64,000 nt of DNA from Phycisphaerae bacterium (GCA_963675745.2 CAXXWX010000007.1:97376-161375); one strand, 5' to 3'; counted from the first letter of the stretch, positions 27,808-46,120 are shown. Notes: a model not told the origin generated them from the sequence alone. Numbers and translations are program-made.

Positions 27808-30171
27808 ATGAAGAAACTATGTGTGGCAATTGGTGTGGCTGCCCTGCTTTGCTCGGCAGTCAACGCCGACCCTCAGATGGCAACGCCGATTCCGATTGAT
27901 CCCGCCAAGGTGATCATGAAGACCGACGGTGTCAGCGGCCCCGATATGATCGGGACGCTTCCAGTGAAATACGGCCCCATGCACGCCGGCAAGCAACTGG
28001 AGTACAGTGTCAAGACGCATGAGACCACGGTTGCCAAAGAAGGCGACTTCGGTACCGCCGCGATCGTCGAGGTCTATAGCAACCTGTCTTCGCCAACCGC
28101 CTATTTCTCGCTGTTGGCAGGCGACAAGGTCGGTGACGTGATTGTTCCGATCCAGGGCGACGGCTCGCTCGAGTCGATCTCGTTCACGATCTACAACGCC
28201 GGCTTGGCTGATCCGAACGATCCGAACAACCTGCTCGGTGACAACCTGGCGACGCTCGATGTCGAGATCACGCTGTTCAACGATCCGAACATGTTCAACG
28301 ATCCGAACGCCGCGATGATCACCTACACCGGCACGATCGATTTCACCGGTCCGAACGACCCTGGTCTGCCGGCTGGCTACTTCAGCACGCTCACGTTCTC
28401 GGATCTGGCCGCGGACCCGAACTTCATCGTGTATCCTGACTGCGAGTTCCTGGCGATTCAGTCCTGGACCGCCGCCACCTGGAGTGGCACCAGCCCCGGT
28501 GAGCTCGGCGCGCTCTTCATGCATCCGCCGGACATCGGCTACAGCGCTGACTTCGCCTTCGTTGACGAGGCTGCTGATCCGAATGACGCCGGCATGTACG
28601 TGTTTGGCGTATTCGCCAACTTCGGTTGGGCGATCTCTGAGAACGATCCTCCCACCGAGTGCCCGACGCCGGGCGTTGTGTATGCAAACACGATCAACGG
28701 CATCTGGGGTAGCGATGATGTGGTGCCTGGCTTCTTCGCTGACGAGATCGACCTCATCGGCGGTGGCCTGCTGACCACGTTGAGCACCACGTTCTGGTGC
28801 TGGCACCCGTCGGGCAGTGGCGTTGGTTCGGCCGCTATTACCAGTGCCGAAATCACGATCGAGCTGCGTCGCACGGCCGACGCCGCGCTGCTGGGCAGCT
28901 TCTCGCGCACGCTGGACTACAGCGGTCCTAACGAAGCGCTGCCGCACAGCTACTTCAGCGTCTGGACGTTCTCCGGTCTTGAGACCGAGAACATCAACCT
29001 GTCGTCGCGCAACATCGAAGCCCGGATGGTCGTCCACAGCCTCACGTATGACAATCCGGATCCGAACTCCTGGCCGGGCTGGGGACAGATCGTATACGTC
29101 GATCCGAACCACAACTACTGCCAGGGCACCACGTACGTCGCCCAGGAGAACCCGGTCGGCACGAGCGATCAGGGCTTCTCGAACAGCCAGGGTAACTGGT
29201 GGTACGGGCCTTGTCAGGATCCGAATACAGCGGTACCTATCCTGGTCAGGGTACCCCCGGTAACTTCTACTGGGAGCTGATTGTCGAGTCGATCGAGCCG
29301 TTCGGCACGACTGTCGAGCGTTGGCCCGAGTTCCCGGTTCCGGGAGCCCGCTACTGGTTTGACCCGGCCATCGTCGACTTCGGCGGCGGCTCGGGCAACT
29401 GGCGCACCGATCTGCCCGAGAACGTTCCGTTCCTTGACGGTTCGTCCTACACCCTCAGGCAGGATCCGAACGCGATACCGGGTCAGACGGCCCTTGGTTG
29501 GGTCTTCCGCAATCCGACGACCAACGTGCGTCAGGTGCAGGTCGAGACCCCGTTCCCGGGTATCGTGTGCAGCGACTACACCGACTTGTACATGCTGTAC
29601 GAGACGTTGACCGTGATCAGTGCGACCGACGGCACCAGTGCCTTGAATCGCAACGTGACGGTCGGTAATCGCGACCCGAACGACCCGAACGGTCCGCTGA
29701 TTCCGTTGCTTGACCGTCAGGGTCAGGGCAACGGCACCACGCCGTTCACTCGTTACTACAGCCCGGTTGTCGAGGTGGATCCGTATGATCAGCAACTCGC
29801 CGTGTTCGATATCGATGCCGATCCGAACACCGAGACGGTGACCTCGCTGTGGACGCGTTGGGATGACAGCACGCTGGCCCTCGACGGCAAGCGCAGCGGT
29901 AACATGGTCATGTACCGCTTCAAGGCTGGTGAGTTCACGATCACCAGCTCCGGCCCGCCTTGCCTGGATACTGGTGACGCGAACTGCGACGGCTTTGTCA
30001 ACAACGGTGACATTGACCCGTTCGTGCTCGCGCTCAGTGGTGACCCGGCCACCTGGAGCGCGTGGCCACGCTTCGACGTGCGACTTCTTGTGCGCGAATG
30101 ACGACAACAATGACACCTTCGTGAACAATGGTGACATTGATCCGTTCGTCGCGCTGCTGGGCGGCAAGTAA
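27808..30171 (+). CDS. Secreted ~790-aa protein with a C-terminal dockerin-like duplicated Ca-binding domain; two frameshifts (~29226, ~30063)
   Basis: Signal peptide MKKLCVAIGVAALLCSAVNA. ORFs 27808-29280, 29199-30101 and the tail to 30171 join into one protein ending GDANCDGFVNNGDIDPFV...DDNNDTFVNNGDIDPFVALL. Sequencing error and pseudogene cannot be told apart here. Confidence 0.8.
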
Positions 30172-30215
30172 GGCTAGGCGCGAACACGCGCATAGCTAGC
30201 TGAGTAAGTACAGAC

Positions 30216-30255
30216 ACGCCGGTCGGCGAGATCCTCGCCGGCCGGCGTTCTTTTG
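30216..30255 (+). terminator. Intrinsic terminator; target site of the group IIC intron
   Basis: ACGCCGGTCGGCGAG-ATC-CTCGCCGGCCGGCGT followed by TCTTTTG. Confidence 0.85.
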
Positions 30256-32142
30256 GTGTGCCAGGCATGGCGTTTGACTAGGAGGTGTAAGTCCTCTGGG
30301 GGCCTTGATGGCAGGAACCCCTAGCCGAACAGCAAGGGCGTCGCCGCGAGGCGGGGTCTGAAGGAAGCTGTACGCAAAGCTCTGGCCTGAGGAACACGAA
30401 CCGCATACGAGGCGTCGGTCGGTGGGCGAGCGGGCCAAAAGACGCAAAGCCCAATGCCATCCGGAACCGAACCGGCGTAGATGCGGCGGGTGTATGGAGC
30501 GAAAGGCAAACGCCTTACCCTGGGAGGTCTGCCCGTCTGCCGTTGAGGCTAACCAGCGCTGCGAGGCGTGGTGAGGGACGGGCAGAAGTCAGCCGAGGCC
30601 ATAGTAGCCGCAGGACACGGCGGCGAAGGGCCGAACACGAGGAGCCGAACCGGAGTCGTGAGGTTCGATGCGTGAAGGAGACGCAGGCCAGAGGGCTGGG
30701 AAGCCCGAGCGGACCGGAAGAGTAGGCGACGGCATCGCCGAGGGTACCGGAACCGCGCGTCAAGCGCGCACGGCACAGCACGGACAGACCGGGGCCGAGG
30801 CTCCGATGCTCATCGATCAGGTCGTGTCACGTGAGAACCTGATCCGCGCACACGAACGGGTAGTGCGCAACAAAGGGGCGGCAGGCGTGGATGGCATGGC
30901 CGTCGACGACCTGATGCCGTACTGCCGGGAACACTGGTCCCGCATCCGGGAGGCGCTGCTCAACGGCACGTATCAACCCCAGCCGGTCCGGAAGGTGGAA
31001 ATCCCCAAGCCGGGCGGGAAGGGGATGCGAACGCTGGGCATCCCGACCGTGCTGGATCGTCTGATCCAGCAAGCCTTACTCCAGGTCCTCCAGCCGATCT
31101 TCGACCCGACGTTCTCGGATGCGAGCTTCGGCTTCCGTCCGGAACGAAGCACGCACCAAGCGGTGCAACGTGCCCGCGAGCATATCGCGGCCGGTTATCG
31201 CTGGACGGTGGACATGGATCTGGAGAAGTTCTTCGACCGGGTGAACCACGACGTGCTCATGTCACGCGTGGCGCGCCGGGTCAAGGACAAGAAGGTGTTA
31301 CTCCTCCTCCGCCGCTATCTACAGGCGGGGATGATGGAGGGCGGGCTGGTCTCGCCCCGGGCCGAGGGCACACCGCAGGGTGGGCCGCTATCGCCGCTGT
31401 TGAGCAACGTCCTGCTCGATGAGCTGGACAAGGAGCTGGAACGGCGCGGCCATCGATTCGTTCGCTATGCTGACGACTGCAACATCTACGTGCGGTCCAG
31501 GCGTGCGGGCGAACGGGTGCTCGATTCGGTGGAGCGGTTCGTGACGGAGCGACTGCGTCTCCACGTGAACCGTGAGAAGAGCGCGGTGGATCGGCCCTGG
31601 ACCCGCAAGTTCCTGGGCTACACCGTGACCATGCACCGGCAGCCGAAGCTGAAGGTGGCCCCGCAATCGGTGCACCGATTGAAGGCCAAGCTCCGCCCCA
31701 TGCTGCGTCGCGGACGGGGTTGCAACCTCGCCCGCGTCGCCGAATCCCTGACCCGCGTACTGCGGGGCTGGGTGGCGTACTACAAGCTCGCGGAGGTCAA
31801 GGCGAGCTTCGAGCAACTGGACCAGTGGTTACGACGAAAACTGCGCTGCATCCTGTGGCGACAGTGGAAGCGACACCGGACCCAGTTCAGGGAGCTGTGC
31901 CGGCGGGGCCTGGATCATGAGCGGGCCCGGCAGTCGGCGTGGAATGGGCGTGGTCCCTGGTGGAACGCCGGGGCCCGTCACATGAACCACGCCGTCCCGA
32001 CCTCCGAACTGCGCGGACTCGGGCTGATCAGCCTGATGGACGAGCATCGGCGACTCGCGGGTTGCTCGTGAACCGCCGTATACGGAACCGTACGTACGGT
32101 GGTGTGGGAGCCGGGGCAGGGCAACCTCCCCGGCTACCCGAT
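30256..32142 (+). mobile_element. Group IIC intron, full length
   Basis: 5' GTGTG; short domain V GAACCGCCGTATACGGAACCGTACGTACGGTGGTGT with CGC triad (32070); domain VI ending CCCGAT; inserted right after a terminator. Confidence 0.93.
30668..32071 (+). CDS. ltrA: Group II intron reverse transcriptase/maturase, no endonuclease domain
   Basis: NKGAAGVDG, R.LGIP..DR, DLEKFFD, GTPQGGPLSP, YADD, FLG and domain X (LRGWVAYY); the start could be 30806. Confidence 0.96.
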   Translation: MREGDAGQRAGKPERTGRVGDGIAEGTGTARQARTAQHGQTGAEAPMLIDQVVSRENLIRAHERVVRNKGAAGVDGMAVDDLMPYCREHWSRIREALLNGTYQPQPVRKVEIPKPGGKGMRTLGIPTVLDRLIQQALLQVLQPIFDPTFSDASFGFRPERSTHQAVQRAREHIAAGYRWTVDMDLEKFFDRVNHDVLMSRVARRVKDKKVLLLLRRYLQAGMMEGGLVSPRAEGTPQGGPLSPLLSNVLLDELDKELERRGHRFVRYADDCNIYVRSRRAGERVLDSVERFVTERLRLHVNREKSAVDRPWTRKFLGYTVTMHRQPKLKVAPQSVHRLKAKLRPMLRRGRGCNLARVAESLTRVLRGWVAYYKLAEVKASFEQLDQWLRRKLRCILWRQWKRHRTQFRELCRRGLDHERARQSAWNGRGPWWNAGARHMNHAVPTSELRGLGLISLMDEHRRLAGCS

Positions 32143-32157
32143 CGCGCTTGCGGCAAC

Positions 32158-32237
32158 GTAACGGCCGGCGCCTCGCCGGCCGTCTGTGGTCGCGGAATCC
32201 GCCTGCGTCATGCGGCCTGCGGGGCGCAGGCCGTTAC
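32158..32237. repeat. REP doublet family A in inverted orientation
   Basis: The reverse complement matches 591-671, including part of the spacer (CATGA.GCAGGC). Confidence 0.8.
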
Positions 32238-32282
32238 ATGCTCCATAGCGGTGGCACGCCGACGTGTGGCGGCGAGCCGCAT

Positions 32283-34040
32283 CTACTCTCTGTCTTCGGA
32301 GTCCGTGTCGGCTGGCTCTTCGAGTGGGGCCGCTTGGCGGACGACCAGCGTGCGGGCGAAGAGGTCGCCGAGACGTTGGCGTTTGGGCGTGAGCACGACG
32401 AGGGCGGTCAGCGCCCAGAGCGGCGGGACGAGCTCTAGAAACCGCAGCAGGTTTCGCAAGGCCAACTGCCAGCGGCCCGGGGCAATTCCCTGTTCGGTCG
32501 AGACCCGCAGTCGGGCCAGCACCTTGCCGACCGTGCGGCCGGTGGCCAGCTCCATAATCAGGCAATACAGGCAGTAACTGGCGGCGAAATAGAGCCACCA
32601 GATGAGGATCTCGCGTGCGGGCATGCCGTCGTTGGCCAGGTCACTGCCCATCGCCCAGCCTAAAGCCCCAGAGAAAGCCTCACCCACGCCGAGGCCGAGG
32701 AGTCGCGCAGTGATGGCCGCGAATGGCAGCAGGTCAATCGCGGCGGCGAGCAGGCGTTGACCGTGCCGCGCGATCGCCAGATGAGGCGGCAGCGCAACGG
32801 GCTCTACGAGTGCGCCTCGCCGAAAGAGAAAGACTCCTCCGATCAGCGAGAGCAACACGACAAACACAACCATGTTCAGCAACGGGCCCAGCAGCGAGCG
32901 TTCGTTGGCCCGCGCCAGCAGTGGCGCGATCAGGCCGCCGGGCTCTGAGGGGGCGGTGTCAAACCGCTCGAACCGCAGGTATGACCGCTCCTGCGTGTCC
33001 ACCGCCAGCAGGCCGAGGTGCTGGTTGAATTCAAACGCATCCACGTAGCGCGCCGCGGTCAGGTTGGCGGCGGTGTTGTCGGTCGCGTCGGCGGCCCGCT
33101 GCCAGGGCTCGGTTTGTTCCCACTTGCCGGCACTCAGCGCCGACTCATCCGCCGCGCGATAGCACGTGAGCTGTTCCTCGCCCGGAAGATCGGCACGCGC
33201 CACGAGCAGCAGCGAGAACCGATTCACGCTCAGTGCCCAGAACGCGCGTAGCGACACCGGATCGCCCAGCGGGATGGTGGCTTGAATGGGTGCGTCGGCC
33301 GATTGGCCGCTGGTACCACCCTCAGTGTCAATCGCCTGGTATAGCAGGCGGTGCGAATCGGTGGCGAGCCAGAACACCCACAACCGTCCGGCCATCGCGG
33401 TCAGGCGCGGCCGCAGGCGATGCTCACTTACCGGGCTGCCGCCGCTCGCGCTGCTTGTGGGATGCGGGGCGGCGGTTCGGGCGACGGCGGTCCAACGGGC
33501 ATGGTCATAGCGCGCAAGCCAGAGGTGGTCATCCGTGTCATCCACGGCGGCGCCAGCGCCGCTGTCCTTGGCGCGCATTGCCGTGGCGGCGGCGGCATCG
33601 ACCAGGGCGTAGAGCGTCTCATCCGACACCAGCAAGTCCCACGGCAGCGCACGGCTCGGCAGCATCAGCTCGACGCGGCCGGCGCGCGCATCGGCGGTGA
33701 AGCTGTAGAAGCTGGAGTCGTCGAAGAAGGCATACAGGTGGTCGGCGTCGGCGGCCAGCATGACCGCGCGGCCATCGAGAGGTGCAGCGCTCACGTCGAA
33801 CTTGTGACCGAGATCACGCACGTACAGGTGCGTCTGATCCGCGCCGATCTCGGCCAGCCATAACGTCCCTCCGGCGCTGGTCGCGTGAAAGGGCAACCCG
33901 GAGGCGGGCCGGTGCTGCGCCGCGGCCGATAGGGCAAACACCGCGGCGACCAGCAACGCGGTCGCCGCCGCACGGTGCAGTCTTGATCCGCGCGTGAGGC
34001 ACCGCGCGGGCCGGGTTGTGGGAGAGAGCGCGTGACTCAC
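32283..34040 (-). CDS. RDD-family membrane protein with a large N-terminal extracytoplasmic domain
   Basis: QRLLAAAIDL, GRTVGK..LRV and QRLGDLFARTLVV; the GTG overlaps the upstream stop. Confidence 0.8.
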   Translation of the reverse strand: MSHALSPTTRPARCLTRGSRLHRAAATALLVAAVFALSAAAQHRPASGLPFHATSAGGTLWLAEIGADQTHLYVRDLGHKFDVSAAPLDGRAVMLAADADHLYAFFDDSSFYSFTADARAGRVELMLPSRALPWDLLVSDETLYALVDAAAATAMRAKDSGAGAAVDDTDDHLWLARYDHARWTAVARTAAPHPTSSASGGSPVSEHRLRPRLTAMAGRLWVFWLATDSHRLLYQAIDTEGGTSGQSADAPIQATIPLGDPVSLRAFWALSVNRFSLLLVARADLPGEEQLTCYRAADESALSAGKWEQTEPWQRAADATDNTAANLTAARYVDAFEFNQHLGLLAVDTQERSYLRFERFDTAPSEPGGLIAPLLARANERSLLGPLLNMVVFVVLLSLIGGVFLFRRGALVEPVALPPHLAIARHGQRLLAAAIDLLPFAAITARLLGLGVGEAFSGALGWAMGSDLANDGMPAREILIWWLYFAASYCLYCLIMELATGRTVGKVLARLRVSTEQGIAPGRWQLALRNLLRFLELVPPLWALTALVVLTPKRQRLGDLFARTLVVRQAAPLEEPADTDSEDRE

Positions 34041-34936
34041 GAGTCGTGCAGGGCCTCCACCGTGTATTCCGGTTCGGTATCGCGCGGCGGCAGTTGGTCG
34101 AGGTAGTCGGTTGTGCCTTGCCACTCCTCGGGGAAGTCGCACGGCACGTCGCTGGTTCGGTAGCCGACGCGACTGAGGTCAAGATCGAGCGCGGCGCGGC
34201 CGACCGGCCATTTGATCCGATACTCGCGCGGCGTGCGCGGACCATCGGGGCCGGTATCGTCGATCGCGCTGTAGCGTGACAGGACGGCGGTCATCACCTG
34301 CTCGCCGGACGGCTCATAATCGGTGATCCGCGCGGGCATATAGTCGGTCTCAGGCGTCAGCACGATCTCGCGCGCCACATAGGGCCAGCCGAGCGCGTCC
34401 GGTCGCGTGAAAACCAGCACGCGATCGCCGTTGTTTTCGTAGATCAGCGGTGGCGGCCCGTCGCGCAGTTGAACTGGAATGGGCTGGAAGAGCAGCACGG
34501 CCAGCAGTTGGTCCGGTGGGACCGCCAGCCGCCGCGCTTCGCGCCGCTCGAGGGCCTCCCAGGTGCCCCACCACAGCTTCTGGTTTTCGGCGTCGATATC
34601 GATCCAGAACCAATAGCGATCATCATTCGAGCCGACGTGGGCGACCGTGCCGCCGAGCGTGTGGCGGATGTCGAAGTACAGGCAGCGGGGGGCGTCGAAC
34701 AGAATGCGCGCGGGATACCACGGGAAGACGTGTGGCAGGCCATGTTCATCGTGGAAGCTGAACGAAACCGTGGCGTCCTTGCAGACGAGTGGTTGGTCGA
34801 GTGCGGCGAAATTGCTGTTGATGCGCTCGACCGCCTCACGCGCCGAGCGCGGCGGATCGAAGCGGATGTTCGGACAAGCGCAGCCGCCGGCGCTCAGGAG
34901 CGCGATCGCGCCGGCCACTAGCAGGCGTCTATTCAC
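34037..34936 (-). CDS. Hypothetical lipoprotein
   Basis: MNRR + hydrophobic stretch + AGG-C lipobox. Confidence 0.75.
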   Translation of the reverse strand: MNRRLLVAGAIALLSAGGCACPNIRFDPPRSAREAVERINSNFAALDQPLVCKDATVSFSFHDEHGLPHVFPWYPARILFDAPRCLYFDIRHTLGGTVAHVGSNDDRYWFWIDIDAENQKLWWGTWEALERREARRLAVPPDQLLAVLLFQPIPVQLRDGPPPLIYENNGDRVLVFTRPDALGWPYVAREIVLTPETDYMPARITDYEPSGEQVMTAVLSRYSAIDDTGPDGPRTPREYRIKWPVGRAALDLDLSRVGYRTSDVPCDFPEEWQGTTDYLDQLPPRDTEPEYTVEALHDS

Positions 34937-35504
34937 CGGGATCCTCCTGTCGATCGGATTCGGCCAGGTTTGCGCTCAGCTCGGCCGGCGGGTCGGAGAG
35001 CAGTGTCTCGAGCTGCCGGCTCAGTGCTTCCATCTGGTCTTCATCGAGGTCGGGGCGCGCGACATGGAATTCATCATCCGTGTGCGGCGCGCGAAAGTGC
35101 CAGGTTTCACGGCCCGCCTCGGTTGTGCTGCTCTCGAAGCGCAAGACCTTCTTGCGCCACAGCAGCAGCGCCAGCACAAAGCGGAACTGGAGCTTCTGCG
35201 GTGTCGCATCATCCACATCCTGAGCGTCGGCATCGGGCAGGCGGCGGAAGAAGCTGAAGGTCGCGTCGCGATCGAAAGCGACAGCCTTCTGGGTTCGCGG
35301 AACGGGCCGATGCGTGACCCAACGCGCGATGGCGCCGCAGTCCTCGCCGGGGGCGTGCTCGCGGCAGTAGTCACGCCGTTCATACCCGTCCCTGGTTTCG
35401 AAGAGCAGCGCGCAGATTGGTTCGTCCACTTCAAACTCGCGTCCGCCGACGTGACAGACGTTGCTGCGGCGGGGCATGTCCCAGCTATCAGGCAAAGCAA
35501 ACAC
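34929..35504 (-). CDS. Hypothetical protein
   Basis: Protein-like ORF (RRDYC, FVLALLLWRKKVL) coupled to the downstream gene; the start could be 35477. Confidence 0.7.
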   Translation of the reverse strand: MFALPDSWDMPRRSNVCHVGGREFEVDEPICALLFETRDGYERRDYCREHAPGEDCGAIARWVTHRPVPRTQKAVAFDRDATFSFFRRLPDADAQDVDDATPQKLQFRFVLALLLWRKKVLRFESSTTEAGRETWHFRAPHTDDEFHVARPDLDEDQMEALSRQLETLLSDPPAELSANLAESDRQEDPGE

Positions 35505-35646
35505 CTCCGATTGCGGCGCGAGGCCATTATAGGAGGTGCGGGCGAAACTGCGAGCGAGCGCGGATGCGTTCGGCGACTGATGATGTCACTCGGCTCTTCG
35601 CCTCTCGATTCGGCCTGATGTGAGCACTCCCCGCCGAACCCGGTCA

Positions 35647-36090
35647 TCAGTAGTCAAGCGTGAGGATGCGCCCCTTGGTGAATGCGAAGAATGCCTGTTT
35701 CTCGGCGACCTGGATGCCCGGCAGCAGGTGTTCGGGCGATTGGCCGAGCGCCTTCAGGCAGCCGGGGCAGGCGTAGACGGGAACCTCACGCCGGATCAGA
35801 TCCGCGATCATGGTGTGCGACGACCCGAACGGCTCCATTTTCAAATCGGGCGCGCCTTCTGTTATGGCATTGATGCCGGCCACGTCGACGTAAACCAGCA
35901 CGTCCCGGTCGTCGGCCATGACCTGCGCCATTCGCAATCCCATCAGCACTTCGTGGGGGTGTTCCGGTCCGGACTTGATGTGTACAAACACGCCGTCTCT
36001 GGCTCCGGTTGCCGAAGCGCAGCCGATCTGTGAGATTGCCAGAGCGGGCATCAGGCACAGGGTCATGCATCGTAGTGTGCGAGTGAACAT
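35647..36090 (-). CDS. DsrE-family protein with an export signal
   Basis: CPGC motif in a DsrE-like alpha/beta pattern; GGAGG RBS; hydrophobic leader. Confidence 0.75.
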   Translation of the reverse strand: MFTRTLRCMTLCLMPALAISQIGCASATGARDGVFVHIKSGPEHPHEVLMGLRMAQVMADDRDVLVYVDVAGINAITEGAPDLKMEPFGSSHTMIADLIRREVPVYACPGCLKALGQSPEHLLPGIQVAEKQAFFAFTKGRILTLDY

Positions 36091-36228
36091 GCGGTCCTCC
36101 AGTTGATGGCTCAGCCAGTGTTTCCCCAATCGCCAAACCTGTCTCGCGCGAATCGTAACTGTCTACACGCTACGTGCACAAGATGGGGGGGCTGAGGGAT
36201 TAAGGGGGTGCTTGCCGTTGCCTGCTCG

Positions 36229-36654
36229 CTATTCGGCTGCGCGTTGGGCGTCGAGGAAGGATTGCAGTATGACTTGCGCTGCGATGGCGTCGCGCGCGTG
36301 CTTTTGCTTTGCGCGGCGGATGCCCGCCGATTGCATCAGCTCATCCGCGTGGAAGCTGGATAGGCGTTCATCCCACAGTTCGAGCGGCTCGGCTCCGCGC
36401 CGGCGCAACTCGTCGGCGAATTGGCGTGTGAGTCGCGTCTGCGCGGAATCGGTTCCGTCCATGCTCAGCGGCAGGCCGATGACGAATCCGTTGGCGTCGT
36501 TGTCAGCGGCCCAGCGCAGGACGGCGTCGGCATCGCGCGCCGCGTGGTTCGCGCCGGAGAGTGTCGTCGCGGGTGAGGCGATTAACCCCGTCGGGTCGGC
36601 GAGGGCGAGGCCGATACGGCGTGTGCCGTAGTCGATTCCGACGTAGCGTGTCAA
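36229..36654 (-). CDS. ruvX: YqgF/RuvX pre-16S rRNA nuclease
   Basis: GIDYGTRRIGLA, GLP, DERLSS and DAIAAQVILQSFL. Confidence 0.93.
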   Translation of the reverse strand: MTRYVGIDYGTRRIGLALADPTGLIASPATTLSGANHAARDADAVLRWAADNDANGFVIGLPLSMDGTDSAQTRLTRQFADELRRRGAEPLELWDERLSSFHADELMQSAGIRRAKQKHARDAIAAQVILQSFLDAQRAAE

Positions 36655-37055
36655 AGCAGACCTCCAGCGCGGCGACATTGGGCATGGTTCGCGGCAGACA
36701 TACTATACACCATGGTGGCGCCTGATAGGTCCGATAAGCAACCGGGCCGCTTGCAATTTCGTTGCCACCGCTGTCAAAAACCCCAAAAATCGTTGGCCGT
36801 CAGACTTGCGGCTGGCGCCAGGGCTCATATAATCACGGGTTACGACAGTATTAGGCGACGAGGCGTAGCAAGCGAGCAGGCAAGACCGGTGCGGCGCGTG
36901 GTCAGTGTTCCTACTCACTGAGGATGTGGTTGTTTCAGCGGACGCATGGAACTGATTTCAGCGTTCATGCTTGCGCTGAAGGTCTGCCCACCGAGCACAC
37001 CTATGAGGGGGCTTATCGCCTCGGGTTAAACCACTCGTCCGCGAGGGCTATGTAG

Positions 37056-40889
<3,834 letters not shown>

Positions 40890-40945
40890 CAGTGGTCCGC
40901 CGGTCTGTGCGGGGCGTGTTGCTCCGCGTGTCAAGGAGTGCACCG

Positions 40946-41425
40946 ATGCCTGACATAGAGTATGGCAGTGGTGAAAAGACGACGGCTGAAGAGTTGTCGG
41001 GTTTCTACGCCCGGCTCAATCACCCGATACACGCCTCGCCGGCGCATATCGAGCGGATGATGGCCAATAGCGCGGTATTTGTCACGGCGCGTGACGCGGG
41101 CAAGCTGATTGGCATTGCACGCGGGGTGTGCGATGGGTTGCGCGGCTACCTGACCGAGTGCAAGCTGGACCCCGCGTACCAAGGCCCGGCGGCGGTGACG
41201 CGCACCGATGGGCGCATCGAGCATGACACGCACGGCATCGCGGCCGAGATGGCCCGACGCGTGCTCAGCAAGATGTTTAACGACGACGTGGTCCGGGTCG
41301 ATACGCTGGCCTGGGGCACAGAAGTTGATTTCACCGAGGAACTGGGATTCAAACGCTCCGGCGGTCTGGTGGGACTCACGCTGCGGGTCGACGAATGGGC
41401 CGGCGGCCGCGATGACGAAGTCTGA
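40946..41425 (+). CDS. GNAT-like N-acetyltransferase
   Basis: AAGGAG RBS; GKLIGIAR, LDPAYQG...GIA and F.EELGF follow the GNAT motif order. Confidence 0.75.
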   Translation: MPDIEYGSGEKTTAEELSGFYARLNHPIHASPAHIERMMANSAVFVTARDAGKLIGIARGVCDGLRGYLTECKLDPAYQGPAAVTRTDGRIEHDTHGIAAEMARRVLSKMFNDDVVRVDTLAWGTEVDFTEELGFKRSGGLVGLTLRVDEWAGGRDDEV

Positions 41426-41496
41426 GCCGCACAACGGAGTTTGACGTGATTTACCCGGTCGGCGACCGAAGAGCACCTATTCGCGAGGTATAACCG

Positions 41497-45924
<4,428 letters not shown>

Positions 45925-46120
45925 GCGAGGCGCGGGGATGGCGTCGGCAAGCTGCTCTTGGCGGCGTCACGTGGTTTTGCGGTCAGTGGCGACAGAGGGG
46001 CAAGCACGAAATGACGTGCCGCCCGGCACACGGGTGGATTTCGCACCGACGAGCAGCAGGGTACTCGCACCGCTCAATAGCAGCGGCACACCGGGGCGTT
46101 GCGGCGACGTAGGCGGGGGG

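Noticed and set aside
29278..29280. Selenocysteine or read-through at the TGA ending the first surface-protein ORF
   Set aside because: The coding signal has already moved to another frame ~50 nt upstream.
29990..32071. Diversity-generating retroelement or retron (RT next to a surface protein with a ~33-bp internal repeat)
   Set aside because: The RT has group II intron motifs and full ribozyme ends. The two repeats are the dockerin halves and differ at synonymous third positions, not at adenines.
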